Shown: positions 43,146 to 53,055 of the stretch, in pieces
How positions within the stretch are numbered: the first letter of the stretch is position 1
How the letters are laid out: each line of letters begins with the position of its first letter
NCBI GenBank assembly: GCA_965541615.1
Contig: CBEUCJ010000001.1
Location: forward strand, 3,754-67,753
DNA length: 64,000 nucleotides
Direction: 5' to 3'
Source of the DNA: an uncultured bacterium
Lineage (GTDB): Bacteria > Omnitrophota > Gorgyraeia > Duberdicusellales > CBEUCJ01
Position numbers and translations under genes: made by a program
The notes under the pieces: generated by a model
The model's input: the letters and a program-made list of their open reading frames with translations, nothing else
Told to the model about the DNA's origin: nothing
Database searches by the model: none

Positions 43146-44244
43146 AAAAATTTTTTATCTCTTTACACACCCTAACTGCTTCTCCAGGTTCCATATAAGA
43201 AAACAACGGTAATCTTAATCCCATTTTCCAGCATTTAAATGCCACATTAAATTCATTATAATTGAACTTTCCAAATTTTTTAAATACCACCAAAGGAGGA
43301 TAAGAAGATTCACAAACTATGCCTTTTCTGTAAAGATATTTAATGAGAGAATCTCTCTTCTCAGCAAGAATAAAAAAGCAAGGTCTCACTGTTACACTAT
43401 CATCTGAATCAGGAAAAATAGTGACTTCATTTACCTCTCTAAGCTCTTTCTCATAAATCTTTCTTAATAGAATCTTTTTCTCTTCTATCTCATTGAAATG
43501 TTTCAGTTTAACATAAACAGTCAAAGCATCTAAGAAACTAATGTTATGAAACTTTCTATCCAGTTTGAATAGTCCATTTCTACCTTTAAAGATATCTAAA
43601 AAGTTCTCTCTTATCCTTTCTTTATCATTTTTATTTTTCAATAATACTGCTCCTCCATTGCCAGAAAAAGAAGAAATCGTTTTAGCGTAACTGAAACTAA
43701 GTGTTCCTATATCTCCAAAGCTACCAACTCTTTTATTTTTATATTTTGTCCCTATAGCCTGACATGCATTATCAATAATTTTTATATTATACTCCTTAGC
43801 AATATTAACTATCTCATCTATTTTACAACTATGCCCAAACATATGTACCATAATTATCACCTTTGTCTTTGGAGTAATTTTTCTTTTCAACTTTCCAGCA
43901 TCTATTAGCATATCTTCTTCAGAGATATCCACAGGAACAACCTTTGCTCCTGTATACCAAATTGCCAATGCTACAGAAATGTAAGTCGTTGCCGGTATGA
44001 TAACTTCATCTCCTTTCTTTACATTAAGAGATAATAAAGAAAGTTGAATAGCATCTGTCCCAGAATTTACCAAAAGAGTATCTTCTACTCCCATAAATTC
44101 TGCAATACTTTTCTCACATTTTCTCAAAAAATTAATATAACCGTCTACCTCCTCAATATTCTTAACTTCTTTAATTAAATACTTTATGTATTCTTTAAGC
44201 AACAATTTATCTGCCCTATTAGCTGTAATAGAAATCTTATCCAT
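43129..44244 (-). CDS. DegT/DnrJ/EryC1/StrS family PLP-dependent sugar aminotransferase
   Basis: LLVNSGTDAIQLSLLSLNVKKGDEVIIPATTY...VHMFGH...IIDNACQAIGTKYKNKRVGSFGDIGTLSFSYAKTI (Schiff-base Lys). Confidence 0.8.
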   Translation of the reverse strand: MDKISITANRADKLLLKEYIKYLIKEVKNIEEVDGYINFLRKCEKSIAEFMGVEDTLLVNSGTDAIQLSLLSLNVKKGDEVIIPATTYISVALAIWYTGAKVVPVDISEEDMLIDAGKLKRKITPKTKVIIMVHMFGHSCKIDEIVNIAKEYNIKIIDNACQAIGTKYKNKRVGSFGDIGTLSFSYAKTISSFSGNGGAVLLKNKNDKERIRENFLDIFKGRNGLFKLDRKFHNISFLDALTVYVKLKHFNEIEEKKILLRKIYEKELREVNEVTIFPDSDDSVTVRPCFFILAEKRDSLIKYLYRKGIVCESSYPPLVVFKKFGKFNYNEFNVAFKCWKMGLRLPLFSYMEPGEAVRVCKEIKNFYARKK

Positions 44245-44260
44245 ATCTATAATTTCATAT

Positions 44261-45112
44261 CTATAATTTTATGTTTAAGTTTATTTGAATTAATCTTTCA
44301 TCTTTTATGACATAAGAAAACCATCCAATGTTTAAATAAAAATTATATTCACATTTACAATAAGAATTTAATATTTCAATCAAAGATTTTTTCCATTTTA
44401 TATCCTCTAAAAATATTCTAAAGATGTCAGCACATCTAACAATAGGTTTATCTACCATCCAGCCTATCTGTTCAAAAACTTCGTTTGAACACTCTACAAT
44501 ATAAGACTGTTCTCCTCGAAAAGGTTTTGCTTTAACTTTTTCAAATAAAGAAAAGAAATCTTTTCTTAAAATTTTAGAAATAAAATAATCTTCTCTTAAG
44601 TTAAAAGAAAAAGTTACTTTTTTAACCTTCTTGTTATTGCAACAGAATCCTATCATATAGTAATTATCTTCATCTAAAAAATGCACAATTCTTTTCATTT
44701 TCTTTATTATTATACGGCAATCTATTTTAAATTCTTTCTTAATGCAAGAAATAATCTTAGGGATTAAATCTACCTTATTGTTTTTAAATTCTAAATAAAA
44801 TTCATCAATTACTGTCTTTTCATTAATGCCTACTATAAAAATATCTACTAAATGTAAATAATAAGATAACAATTTTTTCAAAAACACTGCTTCAGGGAAT
44901 AAAAGTATATCTTCAGGAGAATATAAATCAAACCAGAGAGTAACAGTATCTTTATAATTATCTGATCTAATTATTAAGGTAATATCAGGGACATATTTTT
45001 TGTTCTCAAGAAGATTTTTAAAAATATATTTTTTTATCTTAGCAGGATAATTTTTAATTAGAGAATTGTATAATATTATCTTTCTAATCTTATCTTTCTT
45101 TTGAATATCCAT
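44261..45112 (-). CDS. Hypothetical protein
   Basis: 283-aa ORF in operon context with no assignable motif. Confidence 0.4.
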   Translation of the reverse strand: MDIQKKDKIRKIILYNSLIKNYPAKIKKYIFKNLLENKKYVPDITLIIRSDNYKDTVTLWFDLYSPEDILLFPEAVFLKKLLSYYLHLVDIFIVGINEKTVIDEFYLEFKNNKVDLIPKIISCIKKEFKIDCRIIIKKMKRIVHFLDEDNYYMIGFCCNNKKVKKVTFSFNLREDYFISKILRKDFFSLFEKVKAKPFRGEQSYIVECSNEVFEQIGWMVDKPIVRCADIFRIFLEDIKWKKSLIEILNSYCKCEYNFYLNIGWFSYVIKDERLIQINLNIKL

Positions 45113-45180
45113 TTTGTCTTTGCTACTTTTTTACATTCTTTTCTTATTCTCTAAAAATCTTTTCTTTTTAAAACAATTTA

Positions 45181-46383
45181 TTACACTAAAGAATTTAGAA
45201 GTTTTATAGTATTAGCTATCCCAGAAAACCAGTCTTTATTAATTTTTATATTCTCATTTTTCGCCTCTAACAATTCTTTAACTTCTTTTTCAAATAAAGA
45301 AAAGGTAAAATCATTTTTCTCAATCACTCGTGAACACAAATACTTTTCTACTTCTTTCGCTCTCCATCTTTGCTCAGTAGTATAGTAAGGTAAAATTAAA
45401 GACTTTTTTTTATAATATAACAATCTTACTATTGTATTGTAACCTGCCATATTTATGCTCAAATCACATTCTTTAAGATGGGCATCGAAAAAAGAGTGAG
45501 GTAAAAATTTTATCAATCTAACATTTTTTAAGTTTTTGGAAAACTTTTTATACTCCTTTAACTCTTCTGAAGATGTAGCAGGTCCACAGCAAATAACAAA
45601 AGAAAGATCTTTATTATTTTTCGCAAGGAGTAGAGAAGCCAAAATTATTTTTTTATTTACTATTCCTCCACCTCTACTCACCAATATTAATCTCTTTTTT
45701 TTCTTTTTTAGAAATGGAAATTTCAAATCTTTTTTATTGTATTTTTCTTTAGGGAAAGTATCTAATATAAAACCAGTAAAAAAAATCTTTTTTGAAAATT
45801 CCTTAAAAACTTTTGAAATCTCCTCTACTCCTTTAGGATGTAAATATTTATAATATCTGAGGCAAAATTCTGCTGGAGAGTGAATAAGTATTAAATCATA
45901 AAAATCTTTAACATATTCGTAAAGATTCTCACTCCAACTTAGATATCCACAACTGCTAACTATTTTGCAATTAGTTTTCTTTTTTAAATATTCAAGTATG
46001 TAAGGAATTTCAAAAGACCAAAATTCCTTTCCAAAAGGAAAATATTCAGTAATGAAAACATCAGGCTTTTGCTTTGCTACTATCTTTTTCATAAGCGAAA
46101 GTCTTTCTTTCAACATCTCTTCCATCTTCTTATGAATTACCATCTTTTCATAAATCTTTCTACTTTCTTCTATAAAAAGACCTCTTTTATCCAAAGAATA
46201 AGGAAGTAAATACACTTTAGCAAAATTCGACAAAGGTATAAATCTTTGCTTTTTCCCACCCTGCAATATAGTAATCTCTATTCTCCTTCCATAAAATTCT
46301 TTTAGAGCTTTCACTATAGAGAATATCCGAGTAGAATGTCCTAAAGTATTGTAATGATTAAAATAAAAAATTACCCTGAACAT
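45181..46383 (-). CDS. PseG/SpsG/MurG-like GT-B fold glycosyltransferase or sugar-nucleotide hydrolase
   Basis: N-terminal MFRVIFYFNHYNTLGHSTR resembles the G-x-G-H-x-x-R loop of PseG/SpsG/MurG enzymes. C-terminal Rossmann half ends in the GT28 C-terminal-style ...AGYNT motif. Paralog of the next gene. Confidence 0.5.
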   Translation of the reverse strand: MFRVIFYFNHYNTLGHSTRIFSIVKALKEFYGRRIEITILQGGKKQRFIPLSNFAKVYLLPYSLDKRGLFIEESRKIYEKMVIHKKMEEMLKERLSLMKKIVAKQKPDVFITEYFPFGKEFWSFEIPYILEYLKKKTNCKIVSSCGYLSWSENLYEYVKDFYDLILIHSPAEFCLRYYKYLHPKGVEEISKVFKEFSKKIFFTGFILDTFPKEKYNKKDLKFPFLKKKKKRLILVSRGGGIVNKKIILASLLLAKNNKDLSFVICCGPATSSEELKEYKKFSKNLKNVRLIKFLPHSFFDAHLKECDLSINMAGYNTIVRLLYYKKKSLILPYYTTEQRWRAKEVEKYLCSRVIEKNDFTFSLFEKEVKELLEAKNENIKINKDWFSGIANTIKLLNSLV

Positions 46384-46406
46384 CTAAGACTCAAAATAAA
46401 ATTACT

Positions 46407-47615
46407 TTATTTTAATAAATCTTTGTCAAGAAAAGATAAAAACTCTTTTAAAAATAATTCTTCATCACAAAACCATTCTTTGTTTATACTTACAGCTTTT
46501 TCACTCATTGAATAGATTAAACTTTTTTCTATCTCTTTTTTTAACTTCAAAGGTGTAAGCAAAAAATAATCTAAAACACTTACTCCCATAATATCTCTAA
46601 GTAATTTTGCTCTTGCTATTTGTTCTTTATAGTCTCCGTTTTTTTTATATCCTTTAAAAGGGATTAATATGGCTCTCTTTTTAAAATATATAATAGCAAC
46701 ACAAGTATTATAAGAGCCTGTAGATATACACACATGAGATTCTCTGAGCAAATCTTTTAGATTAGATGCGTATTTTACTAAAGAAGCATTTTTAACAACC
46801 TTTTTACTAAATAAACTGCAAAAATACCTCCACTCTTTTTGAGAAGTAGAAGGACCTGCTACGATTATAAAATGAAATTTCTCATTTAACAAATCACTTG
46901 CTTTTATAGCGCACGAAATTATTTTAGGATAATAAGCACCTCCTCCCCTAGTAACTAACACTTTGATCTTATTTTGTTTGAAATTTAATTTAACAGGCTC
47001 TTTAAATTTTAACTTTGAGGGGAGTAGATACCCTGTAAACACAATTTTATGAGAGTACTTTTCAAATATATTTAAATATTTTTCTCTTTCAATTTTATTC
47101 TTATAAAGTTCAGAAATATAAAACATCTCTTCTTTGGGAGAGTGAATGAAAATTTTCTTATAAAAATGAACAAAAGTCTCAAAATCAGCAATAGATTTTT
47201 TAGAAATAACAGGGTATCCTGCACTAGAGAATATCGGTTTCCCTTTTTTCTTAAAATCAGATAAAACAGGTAACAACTCATATTTACATAGATTTCTTCC
47301 TAAAGGAAAAAACTCAGTAATAAATACAGAAAAATCAAATTTTTTCATAAGATTAAAAAGGAAGATAGCTCTTTTTAATAATACCTCTTTATTTATTTCA
47401 TAGTTTCCATAAAAAGATCGACGAGTAAATAGAGAAAATGGAAGAGGAAGAATTTTAACATACGAAGGAAACCTTAAATAAGAATGTGGTAGACTTGCTT
47501 GGATAAAATAAAAATCACTTGAAATCCTTTTTTTTAATACTCTTAATAGGGATAGTAATCTACTTGTGTGTCCTAAACACTCATAATGAGCATAATAAAA
47601 ACCTATTCTACCCAA
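46407..47615 (-). CDS. PseG/SpsG/MurG-like GT-B fold enzyme (paralog)
   Basis: MGRIGFYYAHYECLGHTSR; same architecture as 45181..46383, with ...TGSYNT near the C-term. Confidence 0.5.
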   Translation of the reverse strand: MGRIGFYYAHYECLGHTSRLLSLLRVLKKRISSDFYFIQASLPHSYLRFPSYVKILPLPFSLFTRRSFYGNYEINKEVLLKRAIFLFNLMKKFDFSVFITEFFPLGRNLCKYELLPVLSDFKKKGKPIFSSAGYPVISKKSIADFETFVHFYKKIFIHSPKEEMFYISELYKNKIEREKYLNIFEKYSHKIVFTGYLLPSKLKFKEPVKLNFKQNKIKVLVTRGGGAYYPKIISCAIKASDLLNEKFHFIIVAGPSTSQKEWRYFCSLFSKKVVKNASLVKYASNLKDLLRESHVCISTGSYNTCVAIIYFKKRAILIPFKGYKKNGDYKEQIARAKLLRDIMGVSVLDYFLLTPLKLKKEIEKSLIYSMSEKAVSINKEWFCDEELFLKEFLSFLDKDLLK

Positions 47616-47832
47616 AAGAATCTATCAGAAATTTTTTAATAAAATCTCTCTCCTTTTTACCCTTCCTTAGAACTACAACTACTTTTCTTTCTCATTTTTC
47701 TAAACCATTGTATCTCTCAAGATGAGAATCGTCAACATTGAGAGTTGTAAGACTAACAGTCAAATGCAACTTGAAAAAATTAAAGAACTTGAATTCGCTA
47801 ATCATTAAATTAAAATGGTAACAGGAATAATT

Positions 47833-48870
47833 ATGAAAAATAAACTCATATTAGACATTTTGCAAAATAAAGTAAATTATGGACCACAAATAGCAAATAT
47901 CTATATCAATTCTCAATGTAATTTGAAATGTGAATACTGCTGGTTTCATTCTTTTCTTAATAAAAAAAAGATGCCAAATAGAATTATTCCTTTTTCAGCT
48001 ATTCAGAAAAATATAAATGAACTAAAAGAATTAGGAACAAAATACATAGTATTAAGCTCTCATGGCGAACCATGGCTTCATCCTCAGATTCAGAGTATAA
48101 TATCCTATATAAAAAATCAAGGACTTTATTTAAGAATAACCACTAATCTTACTTTTAAAGAGAAAAAATTACGCTTACTCTTTGCCCGAGCAGATTTTTT
48201 AGCTGTAAACTTTTCTGCTCCTGAAAAAGAATTATATAAAAAAATTCATTCCCCCTCTAATTCTTCTACTTTTGAAACAGTAGTAGAAAATCTTAGTCTC
48301 TATTCTAGTTTGTATAGAAAAAGGAAAAAACCCTTTGTAGAAGTAAGGTATATAATTACCAAAAATAATTACAGGTATATAGACAAGATGCTTAAATTAG
48401 CCAAAAAATTAAGAATACCTCAAATAAGATTCAGAATTTTTGATCCTACTCCTTCTACAAGAACCCTTCTTTTAAGTAAAGAAGACTACTTATCTTTAAA
48501 AAATATGATTAAAAGAATTCTTAAAAAATATTCTAATTGCAAAACCAATTTAGAAAAACTTTATGAACATATTGGAAATGAAGGAAAGGTAAACTTCCAA
48601 CTCAATAGATGCTTTGTAGGATGGTTAAGAATCTCTTTAGAGTTAAATGGAAAGATTGGTTTTTGCTGTCAAAATGATAAACTTATAATTGGAAATTGGA
48701 AAAAAGACTCTATAAAAAAAGCTTGGTTTAGTGACATTGCAAATAAATTAAGGAAAAAATTAAAATACGATTTTAATTTCAAAAAAAGAGAATGGAAAAA
48801 TTGTCTTTTTTGTTTCATGGAAGAAGAAAATCTTTATATAGATTCAATATTAAAAAAATTTGGTGAATGA
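47833..48870 (+). CDS. Radical SAM protein, family A (paralog)
   Basis: IYINSQCNLKCEYC; C-terminal CFVGWL...GKIGFCCQNDKLIIGN...CLFC. I prefer the start at the internal ATG 47833 (MKNKLILDIL) because AGGAA sits 6 nt upstream and the N-termini of the other paralogs match it. The ORF track start is 47815. Confidence 0.7.
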   Translation: MKNKLILDILQNKVNYGPQIANIYINSQCNLKCEYCWFHSFLNKKKMPNRIIPFSAIQKNINELKELGTKYIVLSSHGEPWLHPQIQSIISYIKNQGLYLRITTNLTFKEKKLRLLFARADFLAVNFSAPEKELYKKIHSPSNSSTFETVVENLSLYSSLYRKRKKPFVEVRYIITKNNYRYIDKMLKLAKKLRIPQIRFRIFDPTPSTRTLLLSKEDYLSLKNMIKRILKKYSNCKTNLEKLYEHIGNEGKVNFQLNRCFVGWLRISLELNGKIGFCCQNDKLIIGNWKKDSIKKAWFSDIANKLRKKLKYDFNFKKREWKNCLFCFMEEENLYIDSILKKFGE

Positions 48871-49946
48871 ATTTATTAGACCAATTAAGAATAATCAGTA
48901 TCCATAAAGATAAATTACTGGTTGGTCCAAAATCTATATATATAGATATAAATACAGAATGCAATCTAAATTGTAACTTTTGTTGGATACATTCTCCTTT
49001 AAATAAAAAACCTCTTTATAAAAAACCTCTTTTACTTAGTTTTGAAGATATTAAAAAAATTATAGACAAAGCTTATGAATGGCGCTGTGAAGAGTTAATT
49101 ATCTCTGGAGATGGAGAACCTACACTCCATCCTGAATTTAAAGAAATAGTAAGATACATAATCAAAAAAAATTTCAGAGTATTTCTCACTACAAACGCTA
49201 CCTTTAACAAAGAATTACTAAACTCAATATTGAATATAGATTATCTTTACATTACTTTTTCTGCTCCCCAAAAAGATTTATATTTCAAAATTCAATCACC
49301 TAAAAATCCTTATATGTATGAAAAGGTATTGAGAAATATCAAAATATTAAGCAAATTTAAAGAAAAATATAAAAGACCTTATCTAAATATAGCTTTCATT
49401 ATAAATAAAACTAATTATAAAACCATTCCAGATATGCTTAAATTAGGAGAAAAATTAAAAATAGACAAAATAACTTTCAGAATTATGGAAACTACCCCTT
49501 ATACAAAGAAACTCTCTCTCAGTAAGCAAGAAAAACAAGAGTTAATAAAAATAATAACAAAAACATTAAAATATAAAACAAATCTCATCCATAATTTAAA
49601 AGAAATAAAAGAGGGGATTTTAAAATACAATAAGAGTCCTTTCAAATTAAAAAGCTGTTTTACTGGATGGTTTAACCTATTCATAGATTTTAATAAAAAT
49701 GTGGGATTGTGCTGCCACAATGAAAAGTTAATAGTTGGGAATTTAAAAAAGAAATCTTTAGAAGAAATATGGAAAAGTAAATTAGCCCATAAGAAAAGAT
49801 TAATGTGTAAGTATGAATTTAATTTAAAAAAAGAACCTTTTAAAGGGGAATGTCAATGGTGCCATTGGTATAGAGAAAATAGAGAAATTATGGAAAAGTT
49901 ACAAAATCTTCAAAATGATAGAAGAATTAAAAGAAATAACTTTTGA
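48867..49946 (+). CDS. Radical SAM protein, family A (paralog)
   Basis: IDINTECNLNCNFC; C-terminal CFTGWF...VGLCCHNEKLIVGN...CQWCHWY. Confidence 0.75.
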   Translation: MNLLDQLRIISIHKDKLLVGPKSIYIDINTECNLNCNFCWIHSPLNKKPLYKKPLLLSFEDIKKIIDKAYEWRCEELIISGDGEPTLHPEFKEIVRYIIKKNFRVFLTTNATFNKELLNSILNIDYLYITFSAPQKDLYFKIQSPKNPYMYEKVLRNIKILSKFKEKYKRPYLNIAFIINKTNYKTIPDMLKLGEKLKIDKITFRIMETTPYTKKLSLSKQEKQELIKIITKTLKYKTNLIHNLKEIKEGILKYNKSPFKLKSCFTGWFNLFIDFNKNVGLCCHNEKLIVGNLKKKSLEEIWKSKLAHKKRLMCKYEFNLKKEPFKGECQWCHWYRENREIMEKLQNLQNDRRIKRNNF

Positions 49947-50865
49947 GATAACTAACCAATGTAACTTAAGATGTAAAATCTGCAGTATATGGAAAGAGAA
50001 AGAAAAAAGAATCTTGCATCTTGACCAAATAAAAAAAGTCTTAGAATCTATTCATAATCCTGTAACAGTATCTTTAACAGGTGGAGAACCTTTTCTGCAT
50101 CCACAAATAAATCAAATATACAGGTATCTATTCAAACTCTTCCTCAAAAAAAAGGTAAAAAACATAGATATTTCCACTAATGGATACTCAACAAAAATAC
50201 TTCAATTCATAAAGATTAATCAAAATTACCTTCAACCTTTATCTTTCTCAATAAGCTTAGATGGAGTTAAAGAAACCCACGATCTTCAAAGAGGCAAAAA
50301 GGGTGCTTTTGAAAATACATTGAAAAACATCTTAGATATAAAAAAATACAACATTCCCATAACTTTAAAATTTGTAATTTCTAAAATAAATTATCGTGAC
50401 TTAATGAAGATATATAAGTTATCAAAAAAAATAAATATACCTTTAGCAGTAAAACTCGTAGAAAGAGTTCCTAATTATTACCATCGTAGCGAAAAAAGAA
50501 AAAAAATTTTGTGGAATAAAAAAGAAATTGAGTTCATAAAAAAAACTTTTGAAGATATTTTAAAAGATTTAAAAAATATAAGAAATAAATTTTTAATCTT
50601 TGTTTTTTTGAACATAAAACACTTCATAGAAGAAAACAATCTTAATTTTATAAAAAGATGTTTAACCCCCAAATATTCTTTATTCATTACTTCTTACGGA
50701 AAAATATACAATTGTCTTTATCAGGAAAGTATAGGAAATATCAAAGACTGGCCAAATTTAAAATGGGAAAAAGCTCACAAAATTTCAAAAAATGCACTTA
50801 AAGGGATCTGCCCTAAGTGCCTTTCTTACCACGGATATTTAAAAGAGTTTAATGTCAAGCATTAA
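49915..50865 (+). CDS. Radical SAM protein, family C (paralog)
   Basis: ITNQCNLRCKICSIWKEKEK...LTGGEPFLHP; C-terminal CLTPKYSLFITSYGKIYNC...CPKC. Confidence 0.75.
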   Translation: MIEELKEITFEITNQCNLRCKICSIWKEKEKRILHLDQIKKVLESIHNPVTVSLTGGEPFLHPQINQIYRYLFKLFLKKKVKNIDISTNGYSTKILQFIKINQNYLQPLSFSISLDGVKETHDLQRGKKGAFENTLKNILDIKKYNIPITLKFVISKINYRDLMKIYKLSKKINIPLAVKLVERVPNYYHRSEKRKKILWNKKEIEFIKKTFEDILKDLKNIRNKFLIFVFLNIKHFIEENNLNFIKRCLTPKYSLFITSYGKIYNCLYQESIGNIKDWPNLKWEKAHKISKNALKGICPKCLSYHGYLKEFNVKH

Positions 50866-51955
50866 AAAATGCAATTATACTTTCTATGATATATTCTGCC
50901 TCTTGCTCTTTCATAAATGAAAATAAAGGTAGATGTATTGCTTTATGATAGTATCTTTCACTGTTAGGAAACTTCCCCTTAGAAAATCTTTTGAAAATAG
51001 ACATCAAATGCAAAGGACAATAAGGCTCCTGCCAAATGATTCCTTTTTCTTTTAAGTACTTACCTAAACTATCTCTTTCCTTAGAAAAAATTACAAAATT
51101 TTGAGGAACAGAAACACTATCTTTTCTATCTTTAAAGATTTTTATACTTTTAATTTTCCCTAATCTCTCTTCATATATTTTTTTTATCTTTAAACGTGAT
51201 TTTATTATTTCCTTCAAATATTTAAATTTAACTTTAATAGAAATCAAATCCAAAAAATACATACGTGAAAATCTTTTTCCAGCATTAAGTAAAACTTCAT
51301 CGTCTTTCCAGATTCTTGTATAATCAAGCAATTTTTTATATCTCTCATTGTTGAAACAAACCATCCCCCCTCCCCCTCCACAACTTGAAAGGGGTTTATA
51401 ATAAGAAAATGAAAAACATGAAATATCTCCAAAAGAACCTAATTTTTTACCTTTATATTCTGAGCTCTCTGCTTGGCAACAATCCTCAATCACATATAAG
51501 TTGTATTCTTTGGCAATCTCTAAAATCTTTTCAATGTTACATGGTCTTGCAAACATATGGACTGCAATGATTGCTTTTGTATTTTTTTTAATATTTTTTT
51601 TGATTAAATTCTCATCTATCTCTAAATCTTCTTCTTTTATATCTACAAAAATAGGCTCTGCTCCTGTATAAATCACACTCAAAGGAACAGCTGGATAAGT
51701 TACATTAGGAAGAATAACACTATCACCTTTGCCTATCCCTAAGGTGAGTAAGCTTAAACACAGAGCATCTGTTCCTGAATTGACTGCAATAGCATATTTT
51801 GTGCCGATATATTTAGCAAAAGTAATCTCAAATTCTTTTAAAAGAAGCTCTATATCATTAATTCCTCTGATTTTTTTTAAATCTTTCTCTAATTGTTGCT
51901 GATACTCTTTGATAAGGGCTCGATCTATTCTATTATCTTCATATCTTATTACCAT
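50855..51955 (-). CDS. DegT/DnrJ/EryC1/StrS family PLP-dependent aminotransferase (paralog)
   Basis: AIAVNSGTDALCLSLLTLGIGKGDSVILPNVTY...VHMFARP...VIEDCCQAESSEYKGKKLGSFGDISCFSFSYYKPLSSCGGGGG. Confidence 0.8.
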   Translation of the reverse strand: MVIRYEDNRIDRALIKEYQQQLEKDLKKIRGINDIELLLKEFEITFAKYIGTKYAIAVNSGTDALCLSLLTLGIGKGDSVILPNVTYPAVPLSVIYTGAEPIFVDIKEEDLEIDENLIKKNIKKNTKAIIAVHMFARPCNIEKILEIAKEYNLYVIEDCCQAESSEYKGKKLGSFGDISCFSFSYYKPLSSCGGGGGMVCFNNERYKKLLDYTRIWKDDEVLLNAGKRFSRMYFLDLISIKVKFKYLKEIIKSRLKIKKIYEERLGKIKSIKIFKDRKDSVSVPQNFVIFSKERDSLGKYLKEKGIIWQEPYCPLHLMSIFKRFSKGKFPNSERYYHKAIHLPLFSFMKEQEAEYIIESIIAFFNA

Positions 51956-52988
51956 TGTTTTTACAAAAAAATAAATCTAATTTCTGAATCTCCTCACATA
52001 AATTTTGATAAACTTTAAATCTCTTCTCTAAATGAGCATCCTTACTTTTATTTAAAATAAGTCCAGCATTAAAATTGCTAAATTCTCTGTAACTTTTCTT
52101 TTCTTTGAAGAAAAATTTAATTTTCTCAAGATACTCTTTAAGATTCTTCTCAAAAATATAGATTTCTTTATTTGTCAATTTCATTATAAAAAAATCTTTC
52201 TGTAGTTCATAAGGGAAAGGTAAATAAGTCCAATTAGGAAGGACAAATCCATCTGGCCTTATAACCAAATCTAAAAAGAAATCGATTTTAAAACTATAGT
52301 CTTTACATACCAAATATTTATGCTCATTTTTTTCATATTCAAGGATTCTAACATATTGCTTAATAAATTCAGAAGCTTCTTTTTCCTTCCACTCTGCTAA
52401 AAAAGCTGGATGGACCTCTATAGCACTTAACCCCAGGGAAACTAATTCTCTAAAATTATTAAACATATACTTTGTCTCCTGAGGATGAACAGTCATTGTA
52501 GGAGTTAAAGTTAATTTATATTTTATCAGTAATTCTAAATTTTTTATACATTTATTAAAGCTTTCTCTATCAAGACCTTTTCTATGTCTAAAATTAGTCA
52601 AGAAACCTCCGTCTATACCTGGTTCTATAATCACATTATTCTCTTTTAAAAATTTTATTTTTTGAACACTCAAAAAATATAAATTTGTCTGTAAAGTAAT
52701 TTTGCTCTCTGAATGATAAATACGAACGTATTCTATTAAATCTTTCACAAAATTCCAACATAATAAAGGTTCTCCTCCAGAGATTACGAAATCATAATTT
52801 TTATTCGCAGGTAACATTCTTAATAAAGATAGTGCCTGTGAAAACTTAAGATTCTTTTTCCCTTCTCTTTTAAAAAAACAGTAATCACAATTTAAATTAC
52901 ATTTTTCTGTAATAAAGAGCCAAATGTTTCCTATTTTGAGTTTTTTAAAAATCTGATCGTTTTCTAAAATTTTTAAGACACCTTTCAT
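51939..52988 (-). CDS. Radical SAM protein, family B (paralog)
   Basis: ITEKCNLNCDYCFFKREGKKN...ISGGEPLL. Confidence 0.75.
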   Translation of the reverse strand: MKGVLKILENDQIFKKLKIGNIWLFITEKCNLNCDYCFFKREGKKNLKFSQALSLLRMLPANKNYDFVISGGEPLLCWNFVKDLIEYVRIYHSESKITLQTNLYFLSVQKIKFLKENNVIIEPGIDGGFLTNFRHRKGLDRESFNKCIKNLELLIKYKLTLTPTMTVHPQETKYMFNNFRELVSLGLSAIEVHPAFLAEWKEKEASEFIKQYVRILEYEKNEHKYLVCKDYSFKIDFFLDLVIRPDGFVLPNWTYLPFPYELQKDFFIMKLTNKEIYIFEKNLKEYLEKIKFFFKEKKSYREFSNFNAGLILNKSKDAHLEKRFKVYQNLCEEIQKLDLFFCKNNGNKI

Positions 52989-53055
52989 TTAAAATTAAAA
53001 AATACTCTTGCAGAATAATTCAAAATGTTATAATAAAATATCATCTTCATCTTGA

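Noticed and set aside
43015-43212. 65-aa + ORF spanning the rSAM-C / DegT junction
   Set aside because: Antisense at a gene overlap; no support.
45536-45853. 105-aa + ORF
   Set aside because: Antisense within the GT-B-like gene.
47072-47725. Minus ORF 47072..47281 and + ORF 47519..47725
   Set aside because: The first is an out-of-frame overlap inside 46407..47615. The second overlaps that gene's 5' end and promoter, is low-complexity, and has no RBS.
47815-47832. Longer start (MVTGIIMKNK) for rSAM family A copy 3
   Set aside because: The internal ATG at 47833 has AGGAA at ideal spacing and matches the N-termini of the three paralogs. The six extra codons lack an RBS.
49499-51570. Small ORFs 49499..49720(-), 50478..50687(-), 51244..51432(-), 51385..51570(+)
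   Set aside because: Embedded antisense or out-of-frame ORFs within rSAM and DegT genes.
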